Of a stretch of DNA of 63,102 bases, positions 1-9,994 are shown one piece after another (the first letter of the stretch is position 1; each line of letters begins with the position of its first letter). The stretch is from Candidatus Kapaibacterium sp. GTDB taxonomy: Bacteria; Bacteroidota; Ignavibacteria; Kapaibacteriales; Kapaibacteriaceae. Made by a program: the position numbers and the translations under genes. Location of the stretch: contig JBIJAX010000006.1 in NCBI GenBank assembly GCA_044345485.1, positions 1 to 63,102 of the forward strand, read 5' to 3'. The notes under the pieces are model-generated. The model ran no database searches. It was not told where the DNA came from and was given only the letters and a program-made list of their open reading frames with translations.

Positions 1-2206
1 CCGTAATAGCATAACGGAGTGCACCGGGCACAGACTTCCACGAAAAGTATTGTGCTTGCGCAAACGGTATAAGTGTATCGTTTGCAGGCGATGACAGCTC
101 GGGTGCTGCAGGGATGGTAACGATAAAGTGCTTTACCGACGGACGTCCCACAACTGTACCCCTCATTGAACTTACCGTCCAGGTATACGCCATGTTATAG
201 AGCAGTGGCTCTTGAAGCACGAGCGAATCAGCCGTTGTTACCTGGTTCACAACTGGCTGTCCAAGATCGCGGTCTGCAACTACTACCCGATAGCGTTCAG
301 CCCCTTCTGCTTTTGTCCAGCGGAATGTGGGCAGTACGGATATCGCCACAGTGTCTCTTTTGAGCACGGGGCTAATCGGCACTGGAATGCCCAGCATTGT
401 CGTAAATCGAAACGTCTCAGACCAGGGTCCCTTTGCATCTCCATCATAGACACGCCGAACGCGCCAGTAATATGTTGTTGCAAGCCGCAGACCCTGCATT
501 GTTGTGTCGGTTCGTTTGGTGGTGAACCTTGTAGACGTGCTAAAACTCGGCGCACCCGACACATCAACTTCATATCCATTGTTGATGGCGGCTGCCTTCC
601 AGGATACCATGGGGACAGAATCCACTTCCGTAGCAGCATGAACTGGTTTTAGCGGGGCTGGCTCGAGACATTCTCGATATGCCAACATGAACTCACCTGA
701 AACAAGCTTTCCTACTCGGAACCTCTGCTGTTGGGCATTATATGCGGCGTCGATAACGGCAAACGCGCCTTGTCCTTCAACTGGACGGTACAGCAGTTGC
801 ATACGTTCGGCTTGCTGGATAGCTCGGATATCTCCGGTGTTGAACCACAAAGCCCCCTTTAAGCTGAGGGAGTCTTCGATCTTTACTACCCATCGCAACG
901 GAAGCATGCCACAGAATGATTCAGCCAAGAACGAAATGTTGTGTGGCAGATAGTTGTGCCGCTCAACAACTACAGGTGTAGGAGTGGCAACTGTTGTAAT
1001 CTCCAGGGAAACATTCGTGGTGCTGTCATCACAGGACATAACTGTTGTGCCGGGAGTAGATATAACTGCGTGACACCCAGCCATTCCAAACGTTGACTTC
1101 ATTACCCGGTACGACGTGATCTCTGACTGACTTGTGTTTGTTATCGTAGCAACGACCTGTCCGTTTCGCTTGATCTCTTCAGCAATGATCATGCCTTTTC
1201 GTGATGAACCCTCTGTGGCTCCATAGTTCACGAGAATGTTGCCGTTCACGAGCTCCTCAACACTCCCCATTGCTGTTGAGTAGATATTGGACGGGGCGTT
1301 GTGTTCCCAAATCTTTGTTGCCGTATACGTTGAAAGATCAAGTTCGTACTCTACTGCACGCGACACTCTTGGGGCGGGTTTCAGATTGCCATTATCAAAC
1401 AGCATGATTGTACCTCGTGGTGTTTCAAATGCTGAGTGCTGGTGAGAAAAACCGGAAAAGGTGCCAAGGGCATCATTTGCTATTGTAAACGTGGTGTTCT
1501 TCGAGGCGCTGCCACCGAGCCTCCAGATAACATTCCCATTTGTGCTGTTAATCTTGATAACAGCGTCTAAGTGTCTACACGAAACAAGGAGGTGTCCGTC
1601 GCTGGAACGTTCAACTGAGTTAACATGAATGTAGTCGATCAATGCCGAGGCAAGATCAACATCATCTGTTGCATCAGTAACCGGGATATGATCAAACGAC
1701 TTCCATTCAAAGATCACCTGTCCATCAAATCCACGTTCTTGTATCACCGCACCAAGAACTATAGCATCAGCCCGGCCGGCATGATGAAACTGCGACATGT
1801 CGATCGTTCTGCGCTCGGTGCCGAGAATGATATACGACGTGTCTGACCAAATGCGACCTTCATGAAAATCAACCTGATAGTCGCCATCAAGAAACAACGA
1901 ATCAACTGTTTCGAGGTTGTGATCTTTGCGTACAAAACACCCTGTGCTTGATTGCCATCGCGACGTGTAATACGTAAGGTATGCAGCGCCGTAGGCTCTC
2001 AGGTTTGTAACCGTACCCGTTGGCACCCGAAACACACTCCTGCCAGTGTGATCTGTAAGGCCTATAGAGTCTGTGGAGTTTGGTGCCAGCAAGTAGTAGC
2101 CTGGTGCTACTGCATTACTCGTGGTGATGTCGAGGGTGTGAAAGTTCTGTTGGGCATGCAGTTGAGTGAATACGTTCACCAACAAGAATAGAATTGCGTT
2201 TTTCAT
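1..2206 (-). CDS. Secreted aryl-sulfate sulfotransferase (ASST)-like beta-propeller protein with FN3-like repeats; 3' end runs off the window
   Basis: Absent from the ORF track because there is no stop inside the window. Manual minus-strand translation from ATG 2206 gives MKNAILFLLVNVFTQLHAQQ (signal peptide), then DFHEG, FEWKSFDH, DYIHVNS, SCRHLD, WRLGG, GFSHQHS and LFDNGN, colinear with the 3875-7126 protein. Confidence 0.85.
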   Translation of the reverse strand, partial: MKNAILFLLVNVFTQLHAQQNFHTLDITTSNAVAPGYYLLAPNSTDSIGLTDHTGRSVFRVPTGTVTNLRAYGAAYLTYYTSRWQSSTGCFVRKDHNLETVDSLFLDGDYQVDFHEGRIWSDTSYIILGTERRTIDMSQFHHAGRADAIVLGAVIQERGFDGQVIFEWKSFDHIPVTDATDDVDLASALIDYIHVNSVERSSDGHLLVSCRHLDAVIKINSTNGNVIWRLGGSASKNTTFTIANDALGTFSGFSHQHSAFETPRGTIMLFDNGNLKPAPRVSRAVEYELDLSTYTATKIWEHNAPSNIYSTAMGSVEELVNGNILVNYGATEGSSRKGMIIAEEIKRNGQVVATITNTSQSEITSYRVMKSTFGMAGCHAVISTPGTTVMSCDDSTTNVSLEITTVATPTPVVVERHNYLPHNISFLAESFCGMLPLRWVVKIEDSLSLKGALWFNTGDIRAIQQAERMQLLYRPVEGQGAFAVIDAAYNAQQQRFRVGKLVSGEFMLAYRECLEPAPLKPVHAATEVDSVPMVSWKAAAINNGYEVDVSGAPSFSTSTRFTTKRTDTTMQGLRLATTYYWRVRRVYDGDAKGPWSETFRFTTMLGIPVPISPVLKRDTVAISVLPTFRWTKAEGAERYRVVVADRDLGQPVVNQVTTADSLVLQEPLLYNMAYTWTVSSMRGTVVGRPSVKHFIVTIPAAPELSSPANDTLIPFAQAQYFSWKSVPGALRYAIT

Positions 2207-2247
2207 TGCGTACTACCAACAACGAAAAACGGCGCTGATAGTTACAT

Positions 2248-3876
2248 CTAGTTAAGGCTACGAGTATGTACGTAATAGATTTGTCCTCGTAGACCCGTGA
2301 TATACACGTTTGAATCATACACCGTCACAGATCTGATAATTGAATTATCGGCAACTGTATATGTTGTCCATGTATCACCACCATCTGTGCTCTTGAATAA
2401 ACCGGGGTATCCTGCTGCGTAGATCGTTTCACCATCGGCGTGTACATCAAACAGATGGGGTTTATGCTCAAAACTGCCTGCCGGGTTGAATACCTGATAC
2501 TTGGCACCATTGCGACAGATGTAGGCATCTTCATTTGCACGTACCAGCCACCCACCAGGAATCTTGTGAATGTCCTGTATGGATTGTTGGGGTAGCTCTG
2601 CAAATGCTCGAGTCCACGTAGCGCCTTCATTCGTCGACTCCCACACCCCATCGTTCGTGCAGATAAAGAATGTAGAATCATATGCCCGAATTGTATTCAT
2701 CGCCGATTCAGGGAACTTGATGTTCAGTGTATCCCAATGATCACCATTATCAGTGGTGCGGATTACGTACCCCCAATGTAGGCCAACGATAACAACACTG
2801 CCAAGAACACCTGTAACGTATTCTCCGCTAAGGGGCAGGTGGTTGCTGAACCGTTCTACTTGTCCTCCGCATCGAAGAACTTTGATAAGACCTCGCAGGC
2901 GTGCAGTGATCAGCAAATCATCACCATATCGATCTACGGTTTGCGCAACAGAGCCTGATAGACCTTCGTGTATCGGATATGCCACGTGTGCGCCCTCGGG
3001 TAGAAACGCAACACCGTGCTCTCGGAATCCGAAGTACACGCCCTTATCTCCGGAGACAATGCACTGCACATCTACGGTTTCTGTGTTTCGGTCAATATTG
3101 ATGGTTTCCCAATGGTTGCCGTCTACAGGCTTCTTGTGTATACCTCCCTGTCCGGCAAGAACACCAGCGTACAACACGCCATTGTGAACCTGGATATATG
3201 AGACATACTCGCTTGAGAGGTGTTTCATGTCGACCTCGGCTATCTCGAGGTCTGAAAGACGAATAGACAGAATAGGCAGACGAGACCGGGCAATGAAGAT
3301 AACGGAGTCTGTAACTGCCAACCCCGACACATCGTGTATGGAAGAGCTCGTTATGGTGTGCTCTGTGCCGTGAACCGCTCGTATCGTCAGCGTAGAATCA
3401 GAAACATTGATGGTGTTGTATCCACGAGATGCAATCCGTCCGCGCTGCTGAACAAACAACGCACCCGTTCCAGTATTTGTACGCTCAAGCTGATTAACGG
3501 AACCTTGCGTGAAACGCCGTAGTGGATTCCACGTGAGGCCGTCGTTTGTGGTACGGTGAACCATACCATTGGATGTCAGAACAAACACTGTATCACGAAT
3601 CGGAAGTACATCAACAACCGACTTGTGTGGTAACGGGGCAACTAACTCCCTCCACGAAGCCCCATTGTTGCTTGTCAAGAAAATATCATCTGTTGTTACG
3701 AGGAGTACAGATGTATCGCAGCGCACAAGCGCCCGTATACCTGGAAACGATCGTTCGCCGTACTGCGAAACCTGAAGATGGGAATTGGGGTTCTTTTGTG
3801 CAGCTGCAGCGAAGATGAATATTGATGAAATTGCAGCTAGGGCAACTACCTTCCCTACGACAACCAAAGGACCCAT
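2248..3876 (-). CDS. Secreted BNR/Asp-box beta-propeller protein (Ycf48/sialidase-like fold)
   Basis: Repeated Asp-box motifs (TSNNGASW, TTNDGLTW, TTDNGDHW, STNEGATW, STDGGDTW) and a signal peptide ending AAAA-QK. Start at 3876 or 3888; the ORF-track extension to 4068 overlaps the divergent gene. Confidence 0.75.
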   Translation of the reverse strand: MGPLVVVGKVVALAAISSIFIFAAAAQKNPNSHLQVSQYGERSFPGIRALVRCDTSVLLVTTDDIFLTSNNGASWRELVAPLPHKSVVDVLPIRDTVFVLTSNGMVHRTTNDGLTWNPLRRFTQGSVNQLERTNTGTGALFVQQRGRIASRGYNTINVSDSTLTIRAVHGTEHTITSSSIHDVSGLAVTDSVIFIARSRLPILSIRLSDLEIAEVDMKHLSSEYVSYIQVHNGVLYAGVLAGQGGIHKKPVDGNHWETINIDRNTETVDVQCIVSGDKGVYFGFREHGVAFLPEGAHVAYPIHEGLSGSVAQTVDRYGDDLLITARLRGLIKVLRCGGQVERFSNHLPLSGEYVTGVLGSVVIVGLHWGYVIRTTDNGDHWDTLNIKFPESAMNTIRAYDSTFFICTNDGVWESTNEGATWTRAFAELPQQSIQDIHKIPGGWLVRANEDAYICRNGAKYQVFNPAGSFEHKPHLFDVHADGETIYAAGYPGLFKSTDGGDTWTTYTVADNSIIRSVTVYDSNVYITGLRGQIYYVHTRSLN

Positions 3877-6800
3877 GCGAACTTTCATAGAGCAAATATC
3901 GCCAACCAGGGGTGTTTTCATCCTCGCGGCCTGTATGTTCATGTACATGTGTGTTGTTTCAACAACAACCACCGCACAAACGTATAAGATCTCCCAGCGT
4001 GGCAATGCTGCTCCGGGATACGTTATGATCAGTCCTGCAAAGAGCGACACCTTAGGCGTTATCGACAACTATGGAAGGGCCGTCTTTCCTGTTAGCGTCG
4101 GGATGCAGATCAACCTTGCTTCTTACAAGAACCGAGAACTGTCGTATTTCGGCGTTACAAACACGGGCGGAGTGCCAGGTCTAGCATGTTATGTGCGGAT
4201 GAATGCGCAACAGCAGATAACCGACTCGATTTATCCCGTAGGACAGTATCAGGCAGACTTTCACGAGGGCTTTGCCACCTCCGATACTACGTTCATGATC
4301 CTGAGTATGTATCGGGTAAAGACAGACCTGTCCAAGTACGTCCAAGGGGGCCAAACTGATGCAGAGGTTATCGGTGGTGTTATCCAGGAGATCTCGAGAT
4401 CCGGCAAAGTTCTGTTTGAGTGGAAGTCTCTCGATCACATTCCCTATTCTGACGCAACAGAAGACATAGATTTCACACAGTCTCTTGTAGATGTTCTGCA
4501 CATCAACTCGATTTACCGCGATACCGACGGCGGATTGATCCTCTCTTGCAGACACCTCGATGAGATCATCAAGATCAACGGTGTAACCGGCAAGGTGGTC
4601 TGGCGGCTCGGAGGCTCGAAGTCAAAGAACAATCAGTTCAGATTCTTGAACGACACCACGGACGGTTTCTTCGGGTTTTCGCATCAGCACAGCGTTACCC
4701 GCACGTCCCGCGGTACGCTGCTTGTGTTCGACAATGGAAACCTCAAGCCCGCTCCCAGAAAGTCCCGCATTGTTGAGTATGAGGTAGATGAAGTAGCAAA
4801 AACCGTTCGCAGAGTTTTTGAGTATTCACCCGCCGTTAGCGTTTACGCTGCCACAATGGGCAATGTTGCCGAGCTGCCAAACGGAAACATCTTTGTCGGG
4901 TATGGGGCTGCTCTGAATCTTAATAGAACTGCAAGCAACATCGCAGCACAGGAAATCGACAGAGCGGGCAATGTGGTAGCTACCGTAGACAACCTGCCCC
5001 TTCCACGGATAAACGCCTATCGAATCCTCAAAACAACGTACGGCATGACGGGTGTGCAGCGCACGATTTCTGCAACGGGCACTACAGAGTTTGCAACAAC
5101 AGACAGCACAACGTGCGTTACGCTTCAGGTTGCATCATTGAGAGCGCCTGCTGTTGTTACCGTTGAGAAGCACAACTATGCGCCGTACACTATAGAGCTA
5201 TCAAAACCCGGAACGCTGTTTTATCCTCCAGTGCGATGGGCCGTCAGAATAGACGATACAACGTCGTTAACAGGTTCAACAAAGCTTCGCTTTGAGAACG
5301 TCAGAGATGTTCTTGATGCATCAACAGCCACACTGCTGTACAGACCCGTGGAAGGTTCTGGTGTCTTTAGCATTATCACGGGTACGTACTCTTCGGCAGA
5401 GAAGAGCTGGACTATCCCGTTCATTAAGCAGGGAGAGTTTGCGCTTGGCTTTTCCAGCAAGCTGCTTCCCGAATTGGTCTATCCTCCGAACGGTTCTGTG
5501 AATGTTGCCGAGCGGGTACCTCTACGCTGGAGTAAACTCCTCTTTGCCACAACATATGAGCTGCAGGTTTCCAGGGACAGTGCCTTTCTTAAAGATGTGT
5601 CCACGTATACGGTGACAGATACAACGTTTACACCAGCTGCTCTGCGTAACAACACCACATTCTGGTGGCGAGTGCGTAAGCGTAACTCACAGGGGGTTAG
5701 TGTATGGTCAAGCGTATGGAAGTTCCGTTCCGAGTTCAATTCACCACAGATCATCGAACCCGATACTTTGCTGCGTCCGGCTATTGTTACACAGGAAAGC
5801 ATCTTTCGGTGGAAACAGGTACAGGGGGCCAGCATGTACAATGTTGTTTTCCGCGACTCTGCGGGCGGAGTTGTGTTGCTTGACACCCTTCTGAACGACA
5901 CCGTGTGTGCTCCGGTTGAACGGCTGCCCGCCAATCGTTTTATGGTGTGGAGTGTTACTGCAGAAATTGATTCGTCCCGAAGCGCCCCTTCTCCACAAGG
6001 AACGATCGCCTCCGTCCCGAAACGACCATCACTGATTTCTCCAGAGCCGAACGTCTACATACCTTCAACGGCAACAACCACCTTGCGTTGGGCAGTGGAT
6101 GAGCAGGTATCAACGTACAGGGTTCGCATGATTCGCAGTAGCGATGGTGCACCGCTGGTGGATACAACGGTGCGCGGAACATCGTGTATGGTTACAAACC
6201 TTGTCTCAGGAACACGATACACATGGACTTGCGCTGCAGAAGGCAGATATGGGCAATCGTTGATCAGTGGCCGATCCTTTACCGTTGCCGAGTCATCATC
6301 GCTGGGAAAACCAGTAATCGAAGAAACTGTTCAACGCCATCAACTCCCTCATCAAGTACCTACAACGTGCTCATGGTTACCGGTGCAGCGCGCAACCACG
6401 TATCACGTCCAGGTGGCAGAAGATGTTGTGTTCGATAATCCCGTTATCGATACCGTAGTCGATGCTACATCAGCAATGATCCTGTTATCGCGGCCTTCTG
6501 CGCTCTACGCATGGAGAGTGCAGGCACGTAACGGATTTGATATCGGTCCGTGGTCGGACACCGTATTTGCAACCACACGAATCGACAGCAACGTGATACT
6601 CACACCTGTGTATCCGCTTCATGGTAACGTCTCTGCGAAGGATAACGACATCTTCCGTTTTGTGACCAGCCCCATATTCACTGGATTCGAAGTGGTAGTT
6701 TCTCAGGATCCACGCTTTAGCAACATAGATTATAAGTACTACTGCTTTGTAGATTCAACCGCGTACTCCTTTTTACAGGAAGGGACGAGATATTACTGGA

Positions 6801-7126
6801 AGATAACAGGCACAACTGCTGCTGGACAGAACTATGTAAGCCAAACATCAACGATGGTTGTTAATACCAATGTAGGTGTGAACGAGACCGCTTCCGAGGA
6901 TTACGGCATAGAGGTAACACACACATACGATGGTATCCGCTTGTATTACAAAGGGTTAGCGAACATTGAATCTGTCGCGGTTTATTCTCTCTTGGGCGAG
7001 CGTCTTGGTGGAAGAAGTGGTTTTCCACAGGAGATGCCAATCCTGTTGGACGGCATTCAAGCTCGTACGTGTTTTATCGTAGTAACCTTTTTAACTGGAA
7101 AGGCTTATTTTATGCGCGCGAACTAA
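3875..7126 (+). CDS. ASST-like sulfotransferase domain + several FN3-like repeats + degenerate T9SS-like tail
   Basis: Motifs DFHEG, LHINS, SCRHLD, FSHQHS, FDNGN. Repeated W..V..A..Y.V.V / FWWRVR FN3-like units. Tail contains AVYSLLGE. Start uncertain (3875 or a later Met). Confidence 0.85.
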   Translation: MRTFIEQISPTRGVFILAACMFMYMCVVSTTTTAQTYKISQRGNAAPGYVMISPAKSDTLGVIDNYGRAVFPVSVGMQINLASYKNRELSYFGVTNTGGVPGLACYVRMNAQQQITDSIYPVGQYQADFHEGFATSDTTFMILSMYRVKTDLSKYVQGGQTDAEVIGGVIQEISRSGKVLFEWKSLDHIPYSDATEDIDFTQSLVDVLHINSIYRDTDGGLILSCRHLDEIIKINGVTGKVVWRLGGSKSKNNQFRFLNDTTDGFFGFSHQHSVTRTSRGTLLVFDNGNLKPAPRKSRIVEYEVDEVAKTVRRVFEYSPAVSVYAATMGNVAELPNGNIFVGYGAALNLNRTASNIAAQEIDRAGNVVATVDNLPLPRINAYRILKTTYGMTGVQRTISATGTTEFATTDSTTCVTLQVASLRAPAVVTVEKHNYAPYTIELSKPGTLFYPPVRWAVRIDDTTSLTGSTKLRFENVRDVLDASTATLLYRPVEGSGVFSIITGTYSSAEKSWTIPFIKQGEFALGFSSKLLPELVYPPNGSVNVAERVPLRWSKLLFATTYELQVSRDSAFLKDVSTYTVTDTTFTPAALRNNTTFWWRVRKRNSQGVSVWSSVWKFRSEFNSPQIIEPDTLLRPAIVTQESIFRWKQVQGASMYNVVFRDSAGGVVLLDTLLNDTVCAPVERLPANRFMVWSVTAEIDSSRSAPSPQGTIASVPKRPSLISPEPNVYIPSTATTTLRWAVDEQVSTYRVRMIRSSDGAPLVDTTVRGTSCMVTNLVSGTRYTWTCAAEGRYGQSLISGRSFTVAESSSLGKPVIEETVQRHQLPHQVPTTCSWLPVQRATTYHVQVAEDVVFDNPVIDTVVDATSAMILLSRPSALYAWRVQARNGFDIGPWSDTVFATTRIDSNVILTPVYPLHGNVSAKDNDIFRFVTSPIFTGFEVVVSQDPRFSNIDYKYYCFVDSTAYSFLQEGTRYYWKITGTTAAGQNYVSQTSTMVVNTNVGVNETASEDYGIEVTHTYDGIRLYYKGLANIESVAVYSLLGERLGGRSGFPQEMPILLDGIQARTCFIVVTFLTGKAYFMRAN

Positions 7127-7176
7127 AACGGAATCGTAAAACTTTCTTTTCATTTCATTCAAAGGGGAATTTGCGT

Positions 7177-9846
7177 ATGAGCCAATCTCTTCGACGCATT
7201 TTCGCACAAACGCTCACTGCGTGTGCTTTGGTGTTGTTGATGCTATCAACATCAGCAACACAATCATCAGCACAGGGGTGTACGTACGGTTGGGGAAACA
7301 TATTTGTAACCAGTCCTGCTACGGGTAGTACGTTTCAGAGTGCCCAAACCATGACGGTTCGCTGGTATGGCGATGTATACACGATCGGTAACTACGGTGG
7401 TACATATGCCCTGCAGTACTCGAGTAACGGCGGCGCGACATGGACGAACATTGCAACCGGAGTAAGTGGGTATGCTACGTCCTATAACTGGACGATCCCA
7501 GCAAATGCAACACCATCTACCACGTATCGCGTGCGTGTATACGAGATGCCAGGACCAAGCTGGTCATGTTCTTTCTCCAACCCTGGAAGCTCTGGTAACT
7601 TTACAGTTATCAAGGCTTGTTTGCCTGCCGCCATTTCGCAGCAGCCGCAAAGCCAGACGGTTTGTGCTGGTGGAAGCGCTTCGATCAGCGTTACATCAGA
7701 CATGACCACCGGTACATATGACTGGTACAAAGACGGTGTTATGGTTGCGTCAACACGCTCGAACGTGTACACAATTAGCCCCGTTACGCTCGCGTCTGCT
7801 GGCGTGTACAACGTTGTTCTCAAGGATGACTGTAATCCGACAACTGCAACGGTCACATCTTCAACAGCACGTCTGACGGTAATCGAACCTCCAGCGATCA
7901 CAACCAACCTCCCGGCTACACGCGTTGTATGCGAAAGCGCTAACGATACACTGCGCGTTCGTGCAACAGGTGCTGGACGTCGGTTCCAGTGGTTCAAAGA
8001 TGGGGCCGCTCTTGCTGGGGCAACTGATTCAAACTATATCGTAAATAACGCAGGTGGAACAACGGGTGGGTTGTATACGTGTGTAGTTACCGGAACGTGT
8101 TCTCCTACTGCAACGAGTGTGGTGTGTACACTTACTGTTGCGATGAAGCCTCGTATCACGGCACAGCCAACGAATCTTGATGTTTGCCCAACGGGCAACG
8201 GCACAATCAGCGTTGCTGCAACTGGAACAAACCTTGTGTATCAGTGGTACAAGGACGACAAGCCAGTTCCGGGAGGTTTTAACTCAACGTTATCGTTCGG
8301 CAATTACGATTACTCGATGAATGGTCAGTACTACTGCATGATCACCTCGAACATTCCAAACCCGAACAACTGCGTTATCACTGCACAGTCACGCACTGTT
8401 CGTGTTTCTGGCTTCCGTCCGCCAGTTGTAAAGGCACAGCCAAACAAGTCTATCGACGCCTGTGTTGGTTCGCCTCTAAGCGTTCTCGCAGAATTCACTG
8501 GTACCGGTCTTGGCTATGAGTGGTACAAGGATGGTCAGATCGTAGCAAACTCAAACTCCAATGAACTCGTTGTTGCGAAGGTATCAAAGGCGTCTGCTGG
8601 ACGTTACGTAGTCGTAGCAACTGGTACTTGCGGTTTGAAGACGGCATCCGACACAGTTACGATTACCGTTCTCGATCGTCCAACTGTAACGAAGCAGCCA
8701 GAAGGCGCAAAGCTTACTGTTGGAGATCGTCTCCAGTTAAGCACAGAAGCAACAGACATCCGCTCGATTCAGTGGATGAAGAATGATGTAGCTATTCCTG
8801 GTGCTACAACTGCCAACTTCTCGGTCGCCAGTGTTGTGAAGTCTGATGCCGGTTTCTATGCTGCTCGCATCACAAACAGCTGCGGCGGTGTTGTTACAAA
8901 CTATGCCAAGGTAGAAGTAAACGATCCTGTTATTCCTCGTCCAGCTATCGAACTCGCCCAAGTGAGCGCGGAGTTTGGTGAGATTCCTGTTGGATACGAC
9001 AAGACCGTAACACTAAACGGTTTGATCAAGAATGTTGGCAATGCGCCGCTTAGCATCACTGCTATGACTGCCGCACCAAGTGACTTCTCGATTCTCAACG
9101 CTCCATCAACACCGTTTGAAATCGCCCCTGGTTCAGCACAGACCATAACAATCAGGGCTACACCAACAGCAAAGGGTCCTCTCTTTGGAACGCTGACGAT
9201 CTCTTCGAATGCGCCAATGACGCCACAGACATCTGTTGCTCTCTCAGCTACGTATGTTCTTCGTTACAATCACGGTGCCTCACAAGACTTTGGATTGCTC
9301 GAAACAGGCAAGTCTGTAGACAAGTGTGTAACGATCACAAACACGTCTTCGCAAGAGATCACGATCGACCAGGCAACTGTTATTGGTTTGAATGCGTCGG
9401 AATTCACGGTTACTACAGCAATGCCAGTAACAATTGCTTCCGGTGCCTCAGCTGAGATATGCGTGAAGTTTGCCCCTGGTACAGCCGGTAAGAAGTCAGC
9501 CCAATTGAGCCTACGTTCTTCAAGTGGCGGTAATTCTACAATTGACCTTTCAGGATCTGGTGAAGTTCCTGGCGACGTTGTAGACGCTACGGAGGCTGGA
9601 ATTGTACTTTCACCAAACCCAGTTCGCGATCAACTCAACATTGTGTTTGGTAAGCCTATGCCAGCTATGGAGTTTACAGTTGTAAACGCCGGTGGACGTA
9701 CAGTTGCCAACTTTACACATGATGGTGTTGAAGCAGGCGGCAGCGTTCGTTGGAACGGTGGCAGCGTTCTTTCAAGCGGAACATATACTCTTATTGTACG
9801 CTACGGCGGTACAGTAACAACTGTTCCGGTAAACGTAGTCAAGTAA
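7177..9846 (+). CDS. Secreted Ig-stalk protein A: N-terminal beta-sandwich, 5 Ig-like domains, 2 ASH/choice-of-anchor-D-like domains, T9SS CTD
   Basis: Signal peptide ending SSA-QG. Five PxIxxQP...C...YQWxKDG...GxYxC units, two FG.../IxNxG ASH-like units, and an SPNPVRD...SGTY C-terminal domain. Confidence 0.85.
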   Translation: MSQSLRRIFAQTLTACALVLLMLSTSATQSSAQGCTYGWGNIFVTSPATGSTFQSAQTMTVRWYGDVYTIGNYGGTYALQYSSNGGATWTNIATGVSGYATSYNWTIPANATPSTTYRVRVYEMPGPSWSCSFSNPGSSGNFTVIKACLPAAISQQPQSQTVCAGGSASISVTSDMTTGTYDWYKDGVMVASTRSNVYTISPVTLASAGVYNVVLKDDCNPTTATVTSSTARLTVIEPPAITTNLPATRVVCESANDTLRVRATGAGRRFQWFKDGAALAGATDSNYIVNNAGGTTGGLYTCVVTGTCSPTATSVVCTLTVAMKPRITAQPTNLDVCPTGNGTISVAATGTNLVYQWYKDDKPVPGGFNSTLSFGNYDYSMNGQYYCMITSNIPNPNNCVITAQSRTVRVSGFRPPVVKAQPNKSIDACVGSPLSVLAEFTGTGLGYEWYKDGQIVANSNSNELVVAKVSKASAGRYVVVATGTCGLKTASDTVTITVLDRPTVTKQPEGAKLTVGDRLQLSTEATDIRSIQWMKNDVAIPGATTANFSVASVVKSDAGFYAARITNSCGGVVTNYAKVEVNDPVIPRPAIELAQVSAEFGEIPVGYDKTVTLNGLIKNVGNAPLSITAMTAAPSDFSILNAPSTPFEIAPGSAQTITIRATPTAKGPLFGTLTISSNAPMTPQTSVALSATYVLRYNHGASQDFGLLETGKSVDKCVTITNTSSQEITIDQATVIGLNASEFTVTTAMPVTIASGASAEICVKFAPGTAGKKSAQLSLRSSSGGNSTIDLSGSGEVPGDVVDATEAGIVLSPNPVRDQLNIVFGKPMPAMEFTVVNAGGRTVANFTHDGVEAGGSVRWNGGSVLSSGTYTLIVRYGGTVTTVPVNVVK

Positions 9847-9878
9847 GATATTGGCTCTACGCCAAGGTCGCAGTTAAT

Positions 9879-9921
9879 TAAGAAGGCCTCATCCTCACCG
9901 GATGGGGCCTTCTTACATTTT
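9879..9921 (+). terminator. Intrinsic terminator-like hairpin after Ig-stalk protein A
   Basis: 16-bp stem (9879-9894/9900-9915, one G-U pair), 5-nt loop, followed by catttt. Confidence 0.7.
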
Positions 9922-9994
9922 GTTAATAGATATTAGGAGTATTTATATTGATATTGATTGTCACCACATTACACACACTTAATGGAGCGATGTT

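Noticed and set aside
166-2191. Short ORFs listed in the track for this region
   Set aside because: They are shadows of the long minus-strand ASST-like frame that runs off the window.
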